DNA of 37,766 nucleotides from the NCBI RefSeq assembly GCF_003334305.1, contig NZ_QOWS01000031.1. One strand, written 5' to 3'. Position 1 is the first letter of the stretch, and each line of letters begins with the position of its first letter. Shown here in pieces: positions 9,880-20,006 of this stretch. The DNA comes from Escherichia coli (lineage in GTDB: Bacteria > Pseudomonadota > Gammaproteobacteria > Enterobacterales > Enterobacteriaceae). Under the pieces are notes generated by a model. The model worked only from the letters and a program-made list of their open reading frames with translations. It had not been told where the DNA came from and searched no databases. Made by a program: the position numbers and the translations under genes.

Positions 9880-10902
9880 GTGACCTTCTGGAGTATTTTA
9901 CGCCAACGCTGCTGGGGGCTGGTGCTCGTGGTGGCGGGCGTCTGCGTGATTACGTTTATTATCTCGCATCTGATCCCTGGCGATCCGGCGCGGTTACTGG
10001 GGGGTGACCGCGCCAGCGATGCTATCGTGGAAAATATTCGCCAGCAACTGGGACTGGACCAGCCACTGTATGTACAGTTTTACCGCTACGTCAGCGACCT
10101 GTTTCATGGTGACCTGGGAACATCCATTCGTACCGGGCGTCCGGTGCTGGAAGAGTTGCGTATATTTTTCCCGGCGACGCTGGAACTGGCTTTTTGTGCC
10201 CTGCTGCTGGCACTCCTGATTGGCATCCCGCTGGGCATACTCTCTGCAGTCTGGCGAAATCGCTGGCTGGATCATCTGGTGCGAATAATGGCCATTACCG
10301 GAATCTCCACACCTGCGTTCTGGCTTGGACTGGGCGTCATTGTGCTGTTTTATGGTCATCTGCAAATTCTTCCCGGCGGCGGAAGGCTTGATGACTGGCT
10401 GGATCCACCAACGCACGTTACCGGCTTTTATCTGCTCGATGCGCTGCTTGAAGGCAACGGTGAAGTCTTCTTCAATGCGTTGCAACATCTCATCTTACCG
10501 GCATTAACGCTGGCGTTCGTTCACCTGGGAATTGTCGCTCGCCAGATCCGCTCAGCGATGCTGGAACAATTGAGTGAAGACTACATTCGTACCGCCCGGG
10601 CCAGCGGCTTGCCCGGCTGGTATATCGTTTTATGTTATGCGCTACCCAATGCGTTGATCCCATCGATTACCGTATTGGGTTTGGCGCTGGGCGATTTGTT
10701 GTATGGCGCAGTGCTCACCGAAACCGTTTTTGCCTGGCCCGGAATGGGTGCATGGGTAGTAACATCAATACAGGCGCTCGACTTCCCGGCAGTGATGGGC
10801 TTTGCCGTCGTGGTTTCATTTGCTTATGTGCTGGTCAACCTGGTGGTGGATTTGCTCTATTTGTGGATTGATCCGCGTATCGGACGTGGAGGTGGTGAAT
10901 GA
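9880..10902 (+). CDS. ddpB: Dipeptide ABC transporter permease, 340 aa (GTG start)
   Basis: GTG start 2 nt after ddpA stop; multi-TM permease of DppB/OppB type. Confidence 0.88.
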   Translation: MTFWSILRQRCWGLVLVVAGVCVITFIISHLIPGDPARLLGGDRASDAIVENIRQQLGLDQPLYVQFYRYVSDLFHGDLGTSIRTGRPVLEELRIFFPATLELAFCALLLALLIGIPLGILSAVWRNRWLDHLVRIMAITGISTPAFWLGLGVIVLFYGHLQILPGGGRLDDWLDPPTHVTGFYLLDALLEGNGEVFFNALQHLILPALTLAFVHLGIVARQIRSAMLEQLSEDYIRTARASGLPGWYIVLCYALPNALIPSITVLGLALGDLLYGAVLTETVFAWPGMGAWVVTSIQALDFPAVMGFAVVVSFAYVLVNLVVDLLYLWIDPRIGRGGGE

Positions 10903-11795
10903 TGCTAAGCGAGGAAACGTCCGCCGTACGCCCACAAAAACAAACGCGATTTAACGGTGCAAAACTGGTATGGATGCTGAAAGGCAGTCCGCTCACCGTG
11001 ACCGGCGCAGTCATCATTGTATTAATGCTACTGATGATGATTTTTTCACCGTGGCTGGCGACGCATGATCCCAACGCCATTGATTTAACCGCCCGCCTTT
11101 TGCCGCCTTCTGCGGCGCACTGGTTTGGCACCGATGAAGTGGGACGCGATCTGTTCAGCCGCGTACTGGTCGGCAGTCAGCAATCAATTCTCGCCGGATT
11201 AGTCGTGGTTGCCATTGCGGGTATGATTGGTTCGCTACTCGGATGTCTATCCGGTGTGCTTGGCGGACGCGCAGACGCCATCATCATGCGCATCATGGAC
11301 ATTATGCTGTCGATTCCTTCGTTGGTACTGACAATGGCACTGGCTGCCGCTCTCGGGCCGAGTTTATTTAACGCCATGCTGGCGATTGCTATTGTGCGAA
11401 TTCCCTTTTATGTGCGCCTGGCGCGGGGGCAAGCATTAGTTGTACGCCAGTATACTTATGTTCAGGCGGCGAAAACCTTTGGCGCGTCTCGTTGGCATCT
11501 GATCAACTGGCATATTTTACGTAACTCCCTGCCGCCGCTGATCGTGCAGGCATCGCTGGATATCGGTAGCGCGATTTTAATGGCCGCCACGTTGGGATTT
11601 ATTGGCCTGGGTGCACAACAACCGAGTGCTGAATGGGGCGCGATGGTAGCGAATGGTCGCAACTATGTACTCGATCAGTGGTGGTATTGCGCATTTCCGG
11701 GGGCAGCGATTTTGCTTACCGCCGTCGGGTTTAATCTCTTTGGTGATGGTATTCGCGATCTGCTTGACCCGAAAGCAGGAGGAAAGCAGTCATGA
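10899..11795 (+). CDS. ddpC: Dipeptide ABC transporter permease, 298 aa
   Basis: ATG overlaps ddpB stop (ATGA); DppC/OppC-type permease. Confidence 0.9.
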   Translation: MMLSEETSAVRPQKQTRFNGAKLVWMLKGSPLTVTGAVIIVLMLLMMIFSPWLATHDPNAIDLTARLLPPSAAHWFGTDEVGRDLFSRVLVGSQQSILAGLVVVAIAGMIGSLLGCLSGVLGGRADAIIMRIMDIMLSIPSLVLTMALAAALGPSLFNAMLAIAIVRIPFYVRLARGQALVVRQYTYVQAAKTFGASRWHLINWHILRNSLPPLIVQASLDIGSAILMAATLGFIGLGAQQPSAEWGAMVANGRNYVLDQWWYCAFPGAAILLTAVGFNLFGDGIRDLLDPKAGGKQS

Positions 11796-12778
11796 CCCAA
11801 CCCGTTCTGGACATTCAACAACTGCATTTGAGTTTCCCCGGTTTTAACGGCGACGTTCACGCGCTCAACAATGTGTCCTTGCAGATTAACCGCAGTGAAA
11901 TTGTCGGTCTGGTGGGAGAATCCGGCTCAGGTAAATCAGTCACCGCAATGCTGATTATGCGTCTGCTACCGACGGGCAGTTATTGCGTACATCGAGGGCA
12001 GATTTCACTGCTGGGAGAAGATGTTCTTAACGCTCGGGAAAAACAGCTTCGTCAGTGGCGCGGCGCACGAGTGGCGATGATCTTTCAGGAACCGATGACC
12101 GCCCTCAATCCGACACGTCGAATAGGTCTTCAGATGATGGACGTAATCCGCCATCATCAACCAATAAGTCGTCGGGAAGCCAGAGCTAAAGCGATTGCCC
12201 TGCTGGAAGAGATGCAAATCCCGGATGCCGTGGAAGTTATGTCGCGCTATCCGTTTGAGCTTTCAGGTGGTATGCGCCAGCGGGTAATGATTGCGCTGGC
12301 ATTCTCCTGCGAGCCGCAATTGATTATTGCCGACGAACCGACTACGGCGCTGGACGTCACGCTACAGTTGCAGGTACTGCGTTTGCTTAAACATAAAGCC
12401 CGCGCCAGTGGAACTGCGGTACTGTTCATCAGCCATGATATGGTCGTGGTGTCGCAACTGTGCGATAGCGTTTACGTGATGTATGCCGGAAGCGTAATTG
12501 AAAGCGGCGTGACGGCAGACATTATCCATCATCCCCGGCATCCGTATACCATTGGTTTGCTGCAATGCGCACCAGAACATGGAGTACCACGCCAGCCATT
12601 ACCCGCCATTCCAGGGACGGTACCAAACCTCACCCATTTGCCTGAAGGCTGCGCTTTTCGCGATCGTTGCTATGCGGCAGGTGCACAGTGTGAAAACGTC
12701 CCGGCGCTGACAGCGTGTGGTGACAACAACCAGCGCTGCGCCTGTTGGTATCCGCAGCAGGAGGTCATAAGTGTCTAA
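11792..12778 (+). CDS. ddpD: Dipeptide ABC transporter ATP-binding protein, 328 aa
   Basis: Walker A GESGSGKS, ABC signature LSGGMRQR, Walker B IIADEPT; start overlaps ddpC stop. Confidence 0.92.
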   Translation: MTQPVLDIQQLHLSFPGFNGDVHALNNVSLQINRSEIVGLVGESGSGKSVTAMLIMRLLPTGSYCVHRGQISLLGEDVLNAREKQLRQWRGARVAMIFQEPMTALNPTRRIGLQMMDVIRHHQPISRREARAKAIALLEEMQIPDAVEVMSRYPFELSGGMRQRVMIALAFSCEPQLIIADEPTTALDVTLQLQVLRLLKHKARASGTAVLFISHDMVVVSQLCDSVYVMYAGSVIESGVTADIIHHPRHPYTIGLLQCAPEHGVPRQPLPAIPGTVPNLTHLPEGCAFRDRCYAAGAQCENVPALTACGDNNQRCACWYPQQEVISV

Positions 12779-13697
12779 CACGTTATTAACGTTATGCGAC
12801 GTCCATATCAATTTCCCGGCCCGTAAAAACTGGCTTGGTAAAACTACGGAACATGTTCATGCCATTAATGGTATTGATTTACAGATCCGCCGTGGTGAAA
12901 CCTTAGGGATCGTCGGCGAGTCAGGCTGCGGCAAAAGCACCCTCGCACAGCTTTTAATGGGTATGCTGCAACCGAGCCACGGGCAGTACATCCGTTCTGG
13001 CTCACAACGCATTATGCAGATGGTGTTTCAGGACCCGCTCTCTTCGCTCAATCCGCGCTTACCGGTGTGGCGCATCATCACAGAACCGCTCTGGATAGCT
13101 AAGCGTAGTAGTGAACAACAGCGGCGAGCGTTAGCAGAGGAGTTGGCTGTGCAGGTGGGTATTCGTCCGGAGTATCTCGACCGCCTGCCTCATGCGTTCT
13201 CCGGCGGGCAGCGGCAACGCATCGCCATTGCCAGAGCACTCTCTTCGCAGCCTGACGTGATTGTGCTTGATGAGCCAACCTCTGCACTGGATATCTCCGT
13301 GCAGGCGCAGATCCTCAATTTACTGGTAACGCTACAGGTAAATCGCGGGCTGACCTATGTGCTGATCTCACACAATGTCTCGGTGATTCGTCATATGAGC
13401 GATCGGGTAGCGGTGATGTATCTCGGGCAGATTGTAGAACTGGGCGACGCGCAGCAGGTGTTGACGGCACCTGCACATCCATACACCCGATTATTGCTGG
13501 ATTCCCTCCCCGCCATTGATAAACCGCTGGAGGAAGAATGGGCATTACGTAAAACGGATCTGCCGGGAAACCGCACGTTGCCGCAAGGCTGTTTTTTCTA
13601 CGAACGTTGCCCTCTGGCAACCCACGGATGTGAAGTCCGGCAATCATTAACAATAAGGGAGGACGGACGTGAGATCCGGTGCTGGCGGGCGCTGTAG
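12771..13697 (+). CDS. ddpF: Dipeptide ABC transporter ATP-binding protein, 308 aa (GTG start)
   Basis: Walker A GESGCGKS, signature FSGGQRQR, Walker B IVLDEPT; GTG start overlapping ddpD 3' end by 8 nt. Confidence 0.9.
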   Translation: MSNTLLTLCDVHINFPARKNWLGKTTEHVHAINGIDLQIRRGETLGIVGESGCGKSTLAQLLMGMLQPSHGQYIRSGSQRIMQMVFQDPLSSLNPRLPVWRIITEPLWIAKRSSEQQRRALAEELAVQVGIRPEYLDRLPHAFSGGQRQRIAIARALSSQPDVIVLDEPTSALDISVQAQILNLLVTLQVNRGLTYVLISHNVSVIRHMSDRVAVMYLGQIVELGDAQQVLTAPAHPYTRLLLDSLPAIDKPLEEEWALRKTDLPGNRTLPQGCFFYERCPLATHGCEVRQSLTIREDGREIRCWRAL

Positions 13698-13752
13698 AGA
13701 TGCTAACAACGCATCAGGCATTCACGCGCCTGACGCGTCATCCGGCAATGCT

Positions 13753-14184
13753 TTACGATTTCAACTGGTAATCAAGCGTAATTTCCGCTTTCAGTACCTG
13801 AGAAACCGGGCATCCTGCTTTTGCTTTCTGGATGATGCCGTCAAAGGTAGAGGCATCAATACCCGGCACCGCAACTTCACTCTTCAGTGCGATTTTCGTA
13901 ATCGCAAAACCGGCATCCACTTTATCCAGCAACACATCGGCGGTGGTATCAATCGATGTTGGCGTAAATCCCGCTTCCCCCAGCATTAATGAAAGCGCCA
14001 TTGAGAAACATGCGGCATGCGCTGCGCCAATCAGTTCTTCAGGGTTAGTTCCTTTTTCGCCTTCAAAACGCGTGTTAAATCCATACGGCTGTTGGTTCAG
14101 CACACCACTCTCGGTGGATACTGTTCCCTTCCCGCGTTTGATATCGCCTTCCCAGTGTGCCTGACCTTTCTTATGGATTGTCAT
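13753..14184 (-). CDS. osmC: Osmotically inducible peroxiredoxin OsmC, 143 aa
   Basis: 143-aa ORF recognised as OsmC (OsmC/Ohr family); convergent with ddpF. Confidence 0.93.
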   Translation of the reverse strand: MTIHKKGQAHWEGDIKRGKGTVSTESGVLNQQPYGFNTRFEGEKGTNPEELIGAAHAACFSMALSLMLGEAGFTPTSIDTTADVLLDKVDAGFAITKIALKSEVAVPGIDASTFDGIIQKAKAGCPVSQVLKAEITLDYQLKS

Positions 14185-14529
14185 TGTTGCTCTCCTGTGG
14201 GCTTAAAAAGGAAATTATAGACTACGTGAGAAACAGCACGAGGATAAGCAGGATATTCCGAATAAAAATCCGGCAGAAATATTACTTCTGCACTTAAATT
14301 AAATTTCCACAATAGATAACCGGGAATATATAACCCAAGAGATATTGCATTAATATTAATCAACTCACCACAATAATAATACCTATCAATATCATGAGGT
14401 TAAAATATAAAAATCATCAACCAGGACTAATCTTAACAACGAAGCGGCAAATATTTGCCATGCTGAATGTGCTTTATAAATCTGCGATCCGTAGCAGACA
14501 CCATAAATACACAGACACGGAGAATCACT
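14185..14529. promoter_or_regulatory. Divergent osmC / bdm promoter region (AT-rich), with near-palindromic GGATATTCC element at about 14251-14259
   Basis: 345-bp AT-rich gap between divergently oriented osmC and bdm; the GGATATTCC core resembles an RcsB-type box as I recall it; exact -10/-35 not resolved. Confidence 0.45.
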
Positions 14530-14745
14530 ATGTTTACTTATTATCAGGCAGAAAATTCAACAGCAGAACCCGCTCTGGTTAATGCCATTGAGCAAGGCCT
14601 TCGGGCAGAGCACGGTGTTGTCACTGAAGATGACATTCTCATGGAGCTGACCAAATGGGTGGAAGCTTCTGATAACGACATCCTCAGTGATATCTACCAG
14701 CAAACGATCAATTATGTGGTCAGTGGCCAGCACCCTACGCTTTAA
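14530..14745 (+). CDS. bdm: Biofilm-dependent modulation protein Bdm, 71 aa
   Basis: Internal ATG at 14530 of ORF 14467..14745 gives 71-aa MFTYYQAENSTAEP..., recognised as Bdm. Confidence 0.85.
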   Translation: MFTYYQAENSTAEPALVNAIEQGLRAEHGVVTEDDILMELTKWVEASDNDILSDIYQQTINYVVSGQHPTL

Positions 14746-14846
14746 GGTGCTATGCTTGATCGGCAACCTAATTTAGGGGTTTAGCACGTGTTTCTTCGCT
14801 ACGGCGATGTTGTCCTTAAAACTAGCAACAGGATTGAGGAGTTAAA

Positions 14847-14984
14847 ATGAAATCGAACCGTCAGGCACGTCATATTCTTGGACTGGACCATAAAATTTCT
14901 AACCAGCGCAAAATAGTTACCGAAGGTGACAAATCCAGCGTGGTAAATAATCCAACCGGCAGAAAACGCCCCGCTGAAAAGTAA
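14847..14984 (+). CDS. sra: Stationary-phase ribosome-associated protein Sra (RpsV), 45 aa
   Basis: Not in ORF track (<60 aa). ATG at 14847 preceded by GAGGAG; encodes [45 protein letters not shown]; followed by a strong terminator. Confidence 0.85.
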
Positions 14985-15015
14985 TTCATAACCATCAGTC
15001 CTCAATGACGATTAA

Positions 15016-15049
15016 ACACCATTGCCTGCGCAATGGTGTTTTTGTTTTT
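15016..15049 (+). terminator. Rho-independent terminator after sra (ACACCATTGC-loop-GCAATGGTGT + TTTTGTTTTT)
   Basis: 10-bp perfect stem, 4-nt loop, long T tract. Confidence 0.75.
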
Positions 15050-15140
15050 ATCTGCTCTATACTTGGGGCCGACGCCCTGGCGGTAAAGCAAAGACGATAA
15101 AAGCGTGCCAGGGATGGATATTCAAAAAAGAGTGAGTGAC

Positions 15141-16838
15141 ATGGAACCAAAAACAAAAAAACAGCGTTCGCTTTATATCCCTTACGCTGGCCCTGTACTG
15201 CTGGAATTTCCGTTGTTGAATAAAGGCAGTGCCTTCAGCATGGAAGAACGCCGTAACTTCAACCTGCTGGGGTTACTGCCGGAAGTGGTCGAAACCATCG
15301 AAGAACAAGCGGAACGAGCATGGATCCAGTATCAGGGATTCAAAACCGAAATCGACAAACACATCTACCTGCGTAACATCCAGGACACTAACGAAACCCT
15401 CTTCTACCGTCTGGTAAACAATCATCTTGATGAGATGATGCCTGTTATTTATACCCCAACCGTCGGCGCAGCCTGTGAGCGTTTTTCTGAGATCTACCGC
15501 CGTTCACGCGGCGTGTTTATCTCTTACCAGAACCGGCACAATATGGACGATATTCTGCAAAACGTGCCGAACCATAATATTAAAGTGATTGTGGTGACTG
15601 ACGGTGAACGTATTCTAGGGCTTGGTGACCAGGGCATCGGCGGGATGGGCATTCCGATCGGTAAACTGTCGCTCTATACCGCCTGTGGCGGCATCAGCCC
15701 GGCGTATACCCTTCCGGTGGTGCTGGATGTCGGAACGAACAACCAACAGCTGCTTAACGATCCGCTGTATATGGGCTGGCGTAATCCGCGTATCACTGAC
15801 GACGAATACTATGAATTCGTTGATGAATTTATCCAGGCTGTGAAACAACGCTGGCCAGACGTGCTGTTGCAGTTTGAAGACTTTGCTCAAAAAAATGCGA
15901 TGCCGTTACTTAACCGCTATCGCAATGAAATTTGTTCTTTTAACGATGACATTCAGGGCACTGCGGCGGTAACAGTCGGCACACTGATCGCAGCAAGCCG
16001 CGCGGCAGGTGGTCAGTTAAGCGAGAAAAAAATCGTCTTCCTTGGCGCAGGTTCAGCGGGATGCGGCATTGCCGAAATGATCATCTCCCAGACCCAGCGC
16101 GAAGGATTAAGCGAGGAAGCGGCGCGGCAGAAAGTCTTTATGGTCGATCGCTTTGGCTTGCTGACCGACAAGATGCCGAACCTGCTGCCTTTCCAGACCA
16201 AACTGGTGCAGAAGCGCGAAAACCTCAGTGACTGGGATACCGACAGCGATGTGTTGTCACTGCTGGATGTGGTGCGCAATGTAAAACCAGATATTCTGAT
16301 TGGCGTCTCAGGACAGACCGGGCTGTTTACGGAAGAGATCATTCGTGAGATGCATAAACACTGTCCGCGTCCGATCGTGATGCCGCTGTCTAACCCGACG
16401 TCACGCGTGGAAGCCACACCGCAGGACATTATCGCCTGGACCGAAGGTAACGCGCTGGTCGCCACTGGCAGCCCGTTTAATCCAGTGGTATGGAAAGATA
16501 AAATCTACCCTATCGCCCAGTGTAACAACGCCTTTATTTTCCCGGGCATCGGCCTGGGGGTTATTGCTTCCGGCGCGTCACGTATCACCGATGAGATGCT
16601 GATGTCGGCAAGTGAAACGCTTGCTCAGTATTCGCCGCTGGTCCTGAACGGCGAAGGTCTGGTACTACCGGAACTGAAAGATATTCAGAAAGTCTCCCGC
16701 GCAATTGCGTTTGCGGTTGGCAAAATGGCGCAGCAGCAAGGCGTGGCGGTGAAAACGTCTGCCGAAGCTCTGCAACAGGCCATTGATGATAATTTCTGGC
16801 AAGCCGAATACCGCGACTACCGCCGTACCTCCATCTAA
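15141..16838 (+). CDS. maeA: NAD-dependent malic enzyme, 565 aa
   Basis: ORF open from 15105, but ATG at 15141 ([18 protein letters not shown]...) gives 565 aa; recognised as MaeA/SfcA. Confidence 0.93.
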   Translation: MEPKTKKQRSLYIPYAGPVLLEFPLLNKGSAFSMEERRNFNLLGLLPEVVETIEEQAERAWIQYQGFKTEIDKHIYLRNIQDTNETLFYRLVNNHLDEMMPVIYTPTVGAACERFSEIYRRSRGVFISYQNRHNMDDILQNVPNHNIKVIVVTDGERILGLGDQGIGGMGIPIGKLSLYTACGGISPAYTLPVVLDVGTNNQQLLNDPLYMGWRNPRITDDEYYEFVDEFIQAVKQRWPDVLLQFEDFAQKNAMPLLNRYRNEICSFNDDIQGTAAVTVGTLIAASRAAGGQLSEKKIVFLGAGSAGCGIAEMIISQTQREGLSEEAARQKVFMVDRFGLLTDKMPNLLPFQTKLVQKRENLSDWDTDSDVLSLLDVVRNVKPDILIGVSGQTGLFTEEIIREMHKHCPRPIVMPLSNPTSRVEATPQDIIAWTEGNALVATGSPFNPVVWKDKIYPIAQCNNAFIFPGIGLGVIASGASRITDEMLMSASETLAQYSPLVLNGEGLVLPELKDIQKVSRAIAFAVGKMAQQQGVAVKTSAEALQQAIDDNFWQAEYRDYRRTSI

Positions 16839-16845
16839 GCCTGCG

Positions 16846-16890
16846 CCCGGTAGTGAAGGCTACCGGGCTATTTCTCTCTCCCTTTTTCAG
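16846..16890 (+). terminator. Hairpin (GCCCGGTAG-loop-CTACCGGG) with downstream T-rich tract after maeA
   Basis: 8-bp stem 8 nt after maeA stop followed by ctatttctctctccctttttc; T-tract not immediately adjacent. Confidence 0.4.
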
Positions 16891-16971
16891 ATCTCATCCA
16901 TACTGGGTAGTGGCGAATAAATCTCATTTGCCTCACCTGCTATGCAGAACATCATCCGAAAAGGAGGAACT

Positions 16972-17982
16972 ATGAAGGCTGCAGTTGTTACGAAGGATCA
17001 TCACGTTGACGTTACGGATAAAACACTGCGCTCACTGAAACATGGCGAAGCCCTGCTGAAAATGGAGTGTTGTGGTGTATGTCATACCGATCTTCATGTT
17101 AAGAATGGCGATTTTGGTGACAAAACCGGCGTAATTCTGGGCCATGAAGGCATCGGTGTGGTGGCAGAAGTGGGTCCAGGTGTCACCTCATTAAAACCAG
17201 GCGATCGTGCCAGCGTGGCGTGGTTCTACGAAGGATGCGGTCATTGCGAATACTGTAATAGTGGTAACGAAACGCTCTGCCGTTCAGTTAAAAATGCCGG
17301 ATACAGCGTTGATGGCGGGATGGCGGAAGAGTGCATCGTGGTCGCCGATTACGCGGTAAAAGTGCCAGATGGTCTGGACTCGGCGGCGGCCAGCAGCATT
17401 ACCTGTGCGGGGGTCACCACCTACAAAGCCGTTAAACTGTCAAAAATTCGTCCAGGGCAGTGGATTGCTATCTACGGTCTTGGCGGTCTGGGTAACCTCG
17501 CTCTGCAATACGCGAAGAATGTCTTTAACGCGAAAGTGATCGCCATTGATGTCAATGATGAGCAGTTAAAACTGGCAACCGAAATGGGTGCAGATTTAGC
17601 GATTAACTCACGCACCGAAGACGCCGCCAAAATTGTGCAGGAGAAAACCGGTGGCGCTCACGCTGCGGTGGTAACAGCAGTTGCTAAAGCTGCGTTTAAC
17701 TCGGCAGTTGATGCTGTCCGTGCAGGCGGTCGTGTTGTGGCTGTCGGTCTGCCGCCGGAGTCTATGAGCCTGGATATCCCACGCCTTGTGCTGGATGGCA
17801 TTGAAGTGGTCGGTTCGCTGGTCGGCACGCGCCAGGATCTAACCGAAGCCTTCCAGTTTGCCGCCGAAGGCAAAGTGGTGCCGAAAGTCGCCCTGCGTCC
17901 GTTAGCGGACATCAACACCATCTTTACCGAGATGGAAGAAGGCAAAATCCGTGGCCGTATGGTGATTGATTTCCGCCGTTAA
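16972..17982 (+). CDS. adhP: Zn-dependent alcohol dehydrogenase (propanol-preferring), 336 aa
   Basis: ATG at 16972 preceded by AAGGAGG (16960-16966); motifs CGVCHTDLH and GHEGIGVV; GxGxxG-like GLGGLGNLA. Confidence 0.93.
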   Translation: MKAAVVTKDHHVDVTDKTLRSLKHGEALLKMECCGVCHTDLHVKNGDFGDKTGVILGHEGIGVVAEVGPGVTSLKPGDRASVAWFYEGCGHCEYCNSGNETLCRSVKNAGYSVDGGMAEECIVVADYAVKVPDGLDSAAASSITCAGVTTYKAVKLSKIRPGQWIAIYGLGGLGNLALQYAKNVFNAKVIAIDVNDEQLKLATEMGADLAINSRTEDAAKIVQEKTGGAHAAVVTAVAKAAFNSAVDAVRAGGRVVAVGLPPESMSLDIPRLVLDGIEVVGSLVGTRQDLTEAFQFAAEGKVVPKVALRPLADINTIFTEMEEGKIRGRMVIDFRR

Positions 17983-18128
17983 GAGGCCTTTGCTGCGAGT
18001 GCCAGTCCTGGTGTCGCAGCATCGCACTCTCTCCGACATTAAATGGCTAAATGGATTATTGTTCCTTCCTACGCAACAATAATGATAGTGTTCCTGATGA
18101 AGGAACACTACTGAGAGTAAAGACACTG

Positions 18129-18413
18129 ATGAAAATGGCCAATCATCCCCGCCCGGGGGACATTATTCAGGAATCACTGGACGAACTTAATGTCAGCCTG
18201 CGCGAGTTTGCCAGAGCAATGGAAATTGCTCCCTCAACGGCAAGCCGATTGCTGACCGGAAAAGTAGCTTTGACACCAGAAATGGCGATTAAACTTTCCG
18301 TGGTGATCGGCAGTTCGCCGCAAATGTGGCTGAATCTGCAAAACGCCTGGAGTCTGGCAGAGGCAGAAAAAACGGTGGATGTGTCGCGACTACGCCGTCT
18401 GGTTACGCAATAA
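18129..18413 (+). CDS. yddM: HTH (XRE/HigA-like) DNA-binding protein, 94 aa
   Basis: Internal ATG at 18129 gives 94-aa [45 protein letters not shown]... with HigA-antitoxin-like HTH; recognised as YddM. Confidence 0.8.
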   Translation: MKMANHPRPGDIIQESLDELNVSLREFARAMEIAPSTASRLLTGKVALTPEMAIKLSVVIGSSPQMWLNLQNAWSLAEAEKTVDVSRLRRLVTQ

Positions 18414-18416
18414 AAA

Positions 18417-18442
18417 AATGGCGCTTCTTAAAGCGCCATTTT
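18417..18442. terminator. Bidirectional rho-independent terminator between yddM (+) and fdnI (-): AATGGCGCTT-ctta-AAGCGCCATT flanked by A-run and T-run
   Basis: 10-bp perfect stem with A7 upstream and TT downstream; placed between convergent genes. Confidence 0.65.
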
Positions 18443-18463
18443 CAGCTTAAAGTTCAAAAGAGA

Positions 18464-19117
18464 TTATATCCCTTCTTCACTCTCTTTTTTCGCTTCTGCC
18501 TTCTCGATTTCACGATACCAGCGCGGATGGTGTTTCTTCGCCCAGCGACGGCTCACCTTCCCTTCGATCATCCCTTTAATCGACCCTTTCACCCAGAATG
18601 CCATATACATATGGATCAGGATGGCGTGGATCAGGATGATACCCGCAGCCGCGTGGATCAGCAGGCTGTAGCGAACAACCTGCATCGGGAAGTACTGCGC
18701 AAAGTACGGACGCCAGATAATCACCCCGGTCACCAGCAGCACGAAAATCATGCTCATGATCGACCAGAACATCATCTTTTGCCCGGCGTTGTACTTACCG
18801 ACATCCGCCACTTTATGCTCATTGCCTTTCAATACTTCGACAATGTTCAACAGCCACGGAATATCTTTCTTATCCGGGATGTTGTGATGCACAAAACGCA
18901 CAAACATAAACATCAGTGCGACGAAAATCGCAATGCCGAAAAACGGGTGCAAAATGCGTCCCATCTGCGGCGTACCGAAGGTTTGCGTCAGCCATTGCAG
19001 CGTCGGGAAGAAGAACGAAATCCCGGACAGCGCCACCAGGAAGAAGCAAATCACCACGGTCCAGTGACAGGCGCGATCAATAAATTTGGTGCGCACAATC
19101 ATTTTCGACTTACTCAT
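18464..19117 (-). CDS. fdnI: Formate dehydrogenase-N gamma subunit (cytochrome b556), 217 aa
   Basis: Start chosen at ATG 19117 ([15 protein letters not shown]...); overlaps fdnH 3' end by 8 nt; multi-TM heme b protein. Confidence 0.9.
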
Positions 19118-19994
19118 GATGATCCTCCTCGTCATCGTCCACTTCCTTATTCGGGCCAATACCGATGTAGTGGAAAATCAACCCGGCAAAAGTGGCAATA
19201 AAGCCAGCCGCTGCCAGCGGTTTCAACGCGCCTTTCCACAGGCTTACCGAGGTGTCGATCTTCGGATCTTTCGGCAGACCGTGATACAGCTCCGGCTGAT
19301 CGGCGTGATGCAGCACGTACATAACGTGCGTACCACCGACCCCTTCCGGGTTGTAGACGCCAGCATGTTCGTAACCACGCGCTTTCAGTTTCGCCACGCG
19401 CTGTTCCGCCAGCTCCAGCATCTCCTTCTTGGTGCCGAAGTGGATAGCCCCGGTCGGACAGGTTTTCACACAAGCCGGTTCCTGGCCGACGCTGACGCGA
19501 TCGACGCAGAGCGTGCATTTATATACCCGGTTATCCTCTTTGTTGAGGCGCGGAATATTAAACGGACACCCGGCAATGCAGTAACCACAGCCGATGCAGT
19601 TTTCCGACTGGAAATCGACAATCCCGTTAGCGTACTGAATGATTGCACCAGCAGACGGGCACGCCTTCAGGCAGCCGGGATCTTCACAGTGCATACAGCC
19701 GTCTTTACGGATCAGCCACTCCAGCTTGCCGTTCTGTTCGGTTTCGCTAAAGCGCATCACCGTCCAGGACTTGGCGCTCAGATCGGCGGGGTTATCGTAA
19801 ACCCCGACGCAGTGCCCCACTTCATCACGGATGTCGTTCCACTCCGAACACGCCACCTGACAGGCTTTACAGCCGATACAGGTGGAAACGTCGATAAGTT
19901 TTGCGACTTCTGCTTTGTAATCACGCACCTGAGAAGGCGGCGTGATGGAGTTAGTTGCGGACCTTTTGATAATGTCCTGCGTTTCCATAGCCAT
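19110..19994 (-). CDS. fdnH: Formate dehydrogenase-N beta subunit (4x[4Fe-4S], C-terminal TM anchor), 294 aa
   Basis: Multiple CxxCxxCxxxCP ferredoxin motifs; C-terminal hydrophobic anchor; recognised as FdnH. Confidence 0.93.
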   Translation of the reverse strand: MAMETQDIIKRSATNSITPPSQVRDYKAEVAKLIDVSTCIGCKACQVACSEWNDIRDEVGHCVGVYDNPADLSAKSWTVMRFSETEQNGKLEWLIRKDGCMHCEDPGCLKACPSAGAIIQYANGIVDFQSENCIGCGYCIAGCPFNIPRLNKEDNRVYKCTLCVDRVSVGQEPACVKTCPTGAIHFGTKKEMLELAEQRVAKLKARGYEHAGVYNPEGVGGTHVMYVLHHADQPELYHGLPKDPKIDTSVSLWKGALKPLAAAGFIATFAGLIFHYIGIGPNKEVDDDEEDHHE

Positions 19995-20006
19995 CTGTTC
20001 GCCCCC

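Noticed and set aside
13698-13752. REP-like palindrome between ddpF and osmC (gcatcaggc...gcctgacgc)
   Set aside because: Only a partial, imperfect match to REP consensus by eye; not confident enough to call without a model search.
13832-14220. Plus-strand ORFs (13832..14164, 14017..14220) over osmC
   Set aside because: Antisense to osmC, which is unambiguous.
17983-18128. A HigB/RelE-type toxin gene upstream of yddM
   Set aside because: Only about 146 bp are available and no ORF with toxin-like sequence is present; recorded instead as an orphan-antitoxin finding.
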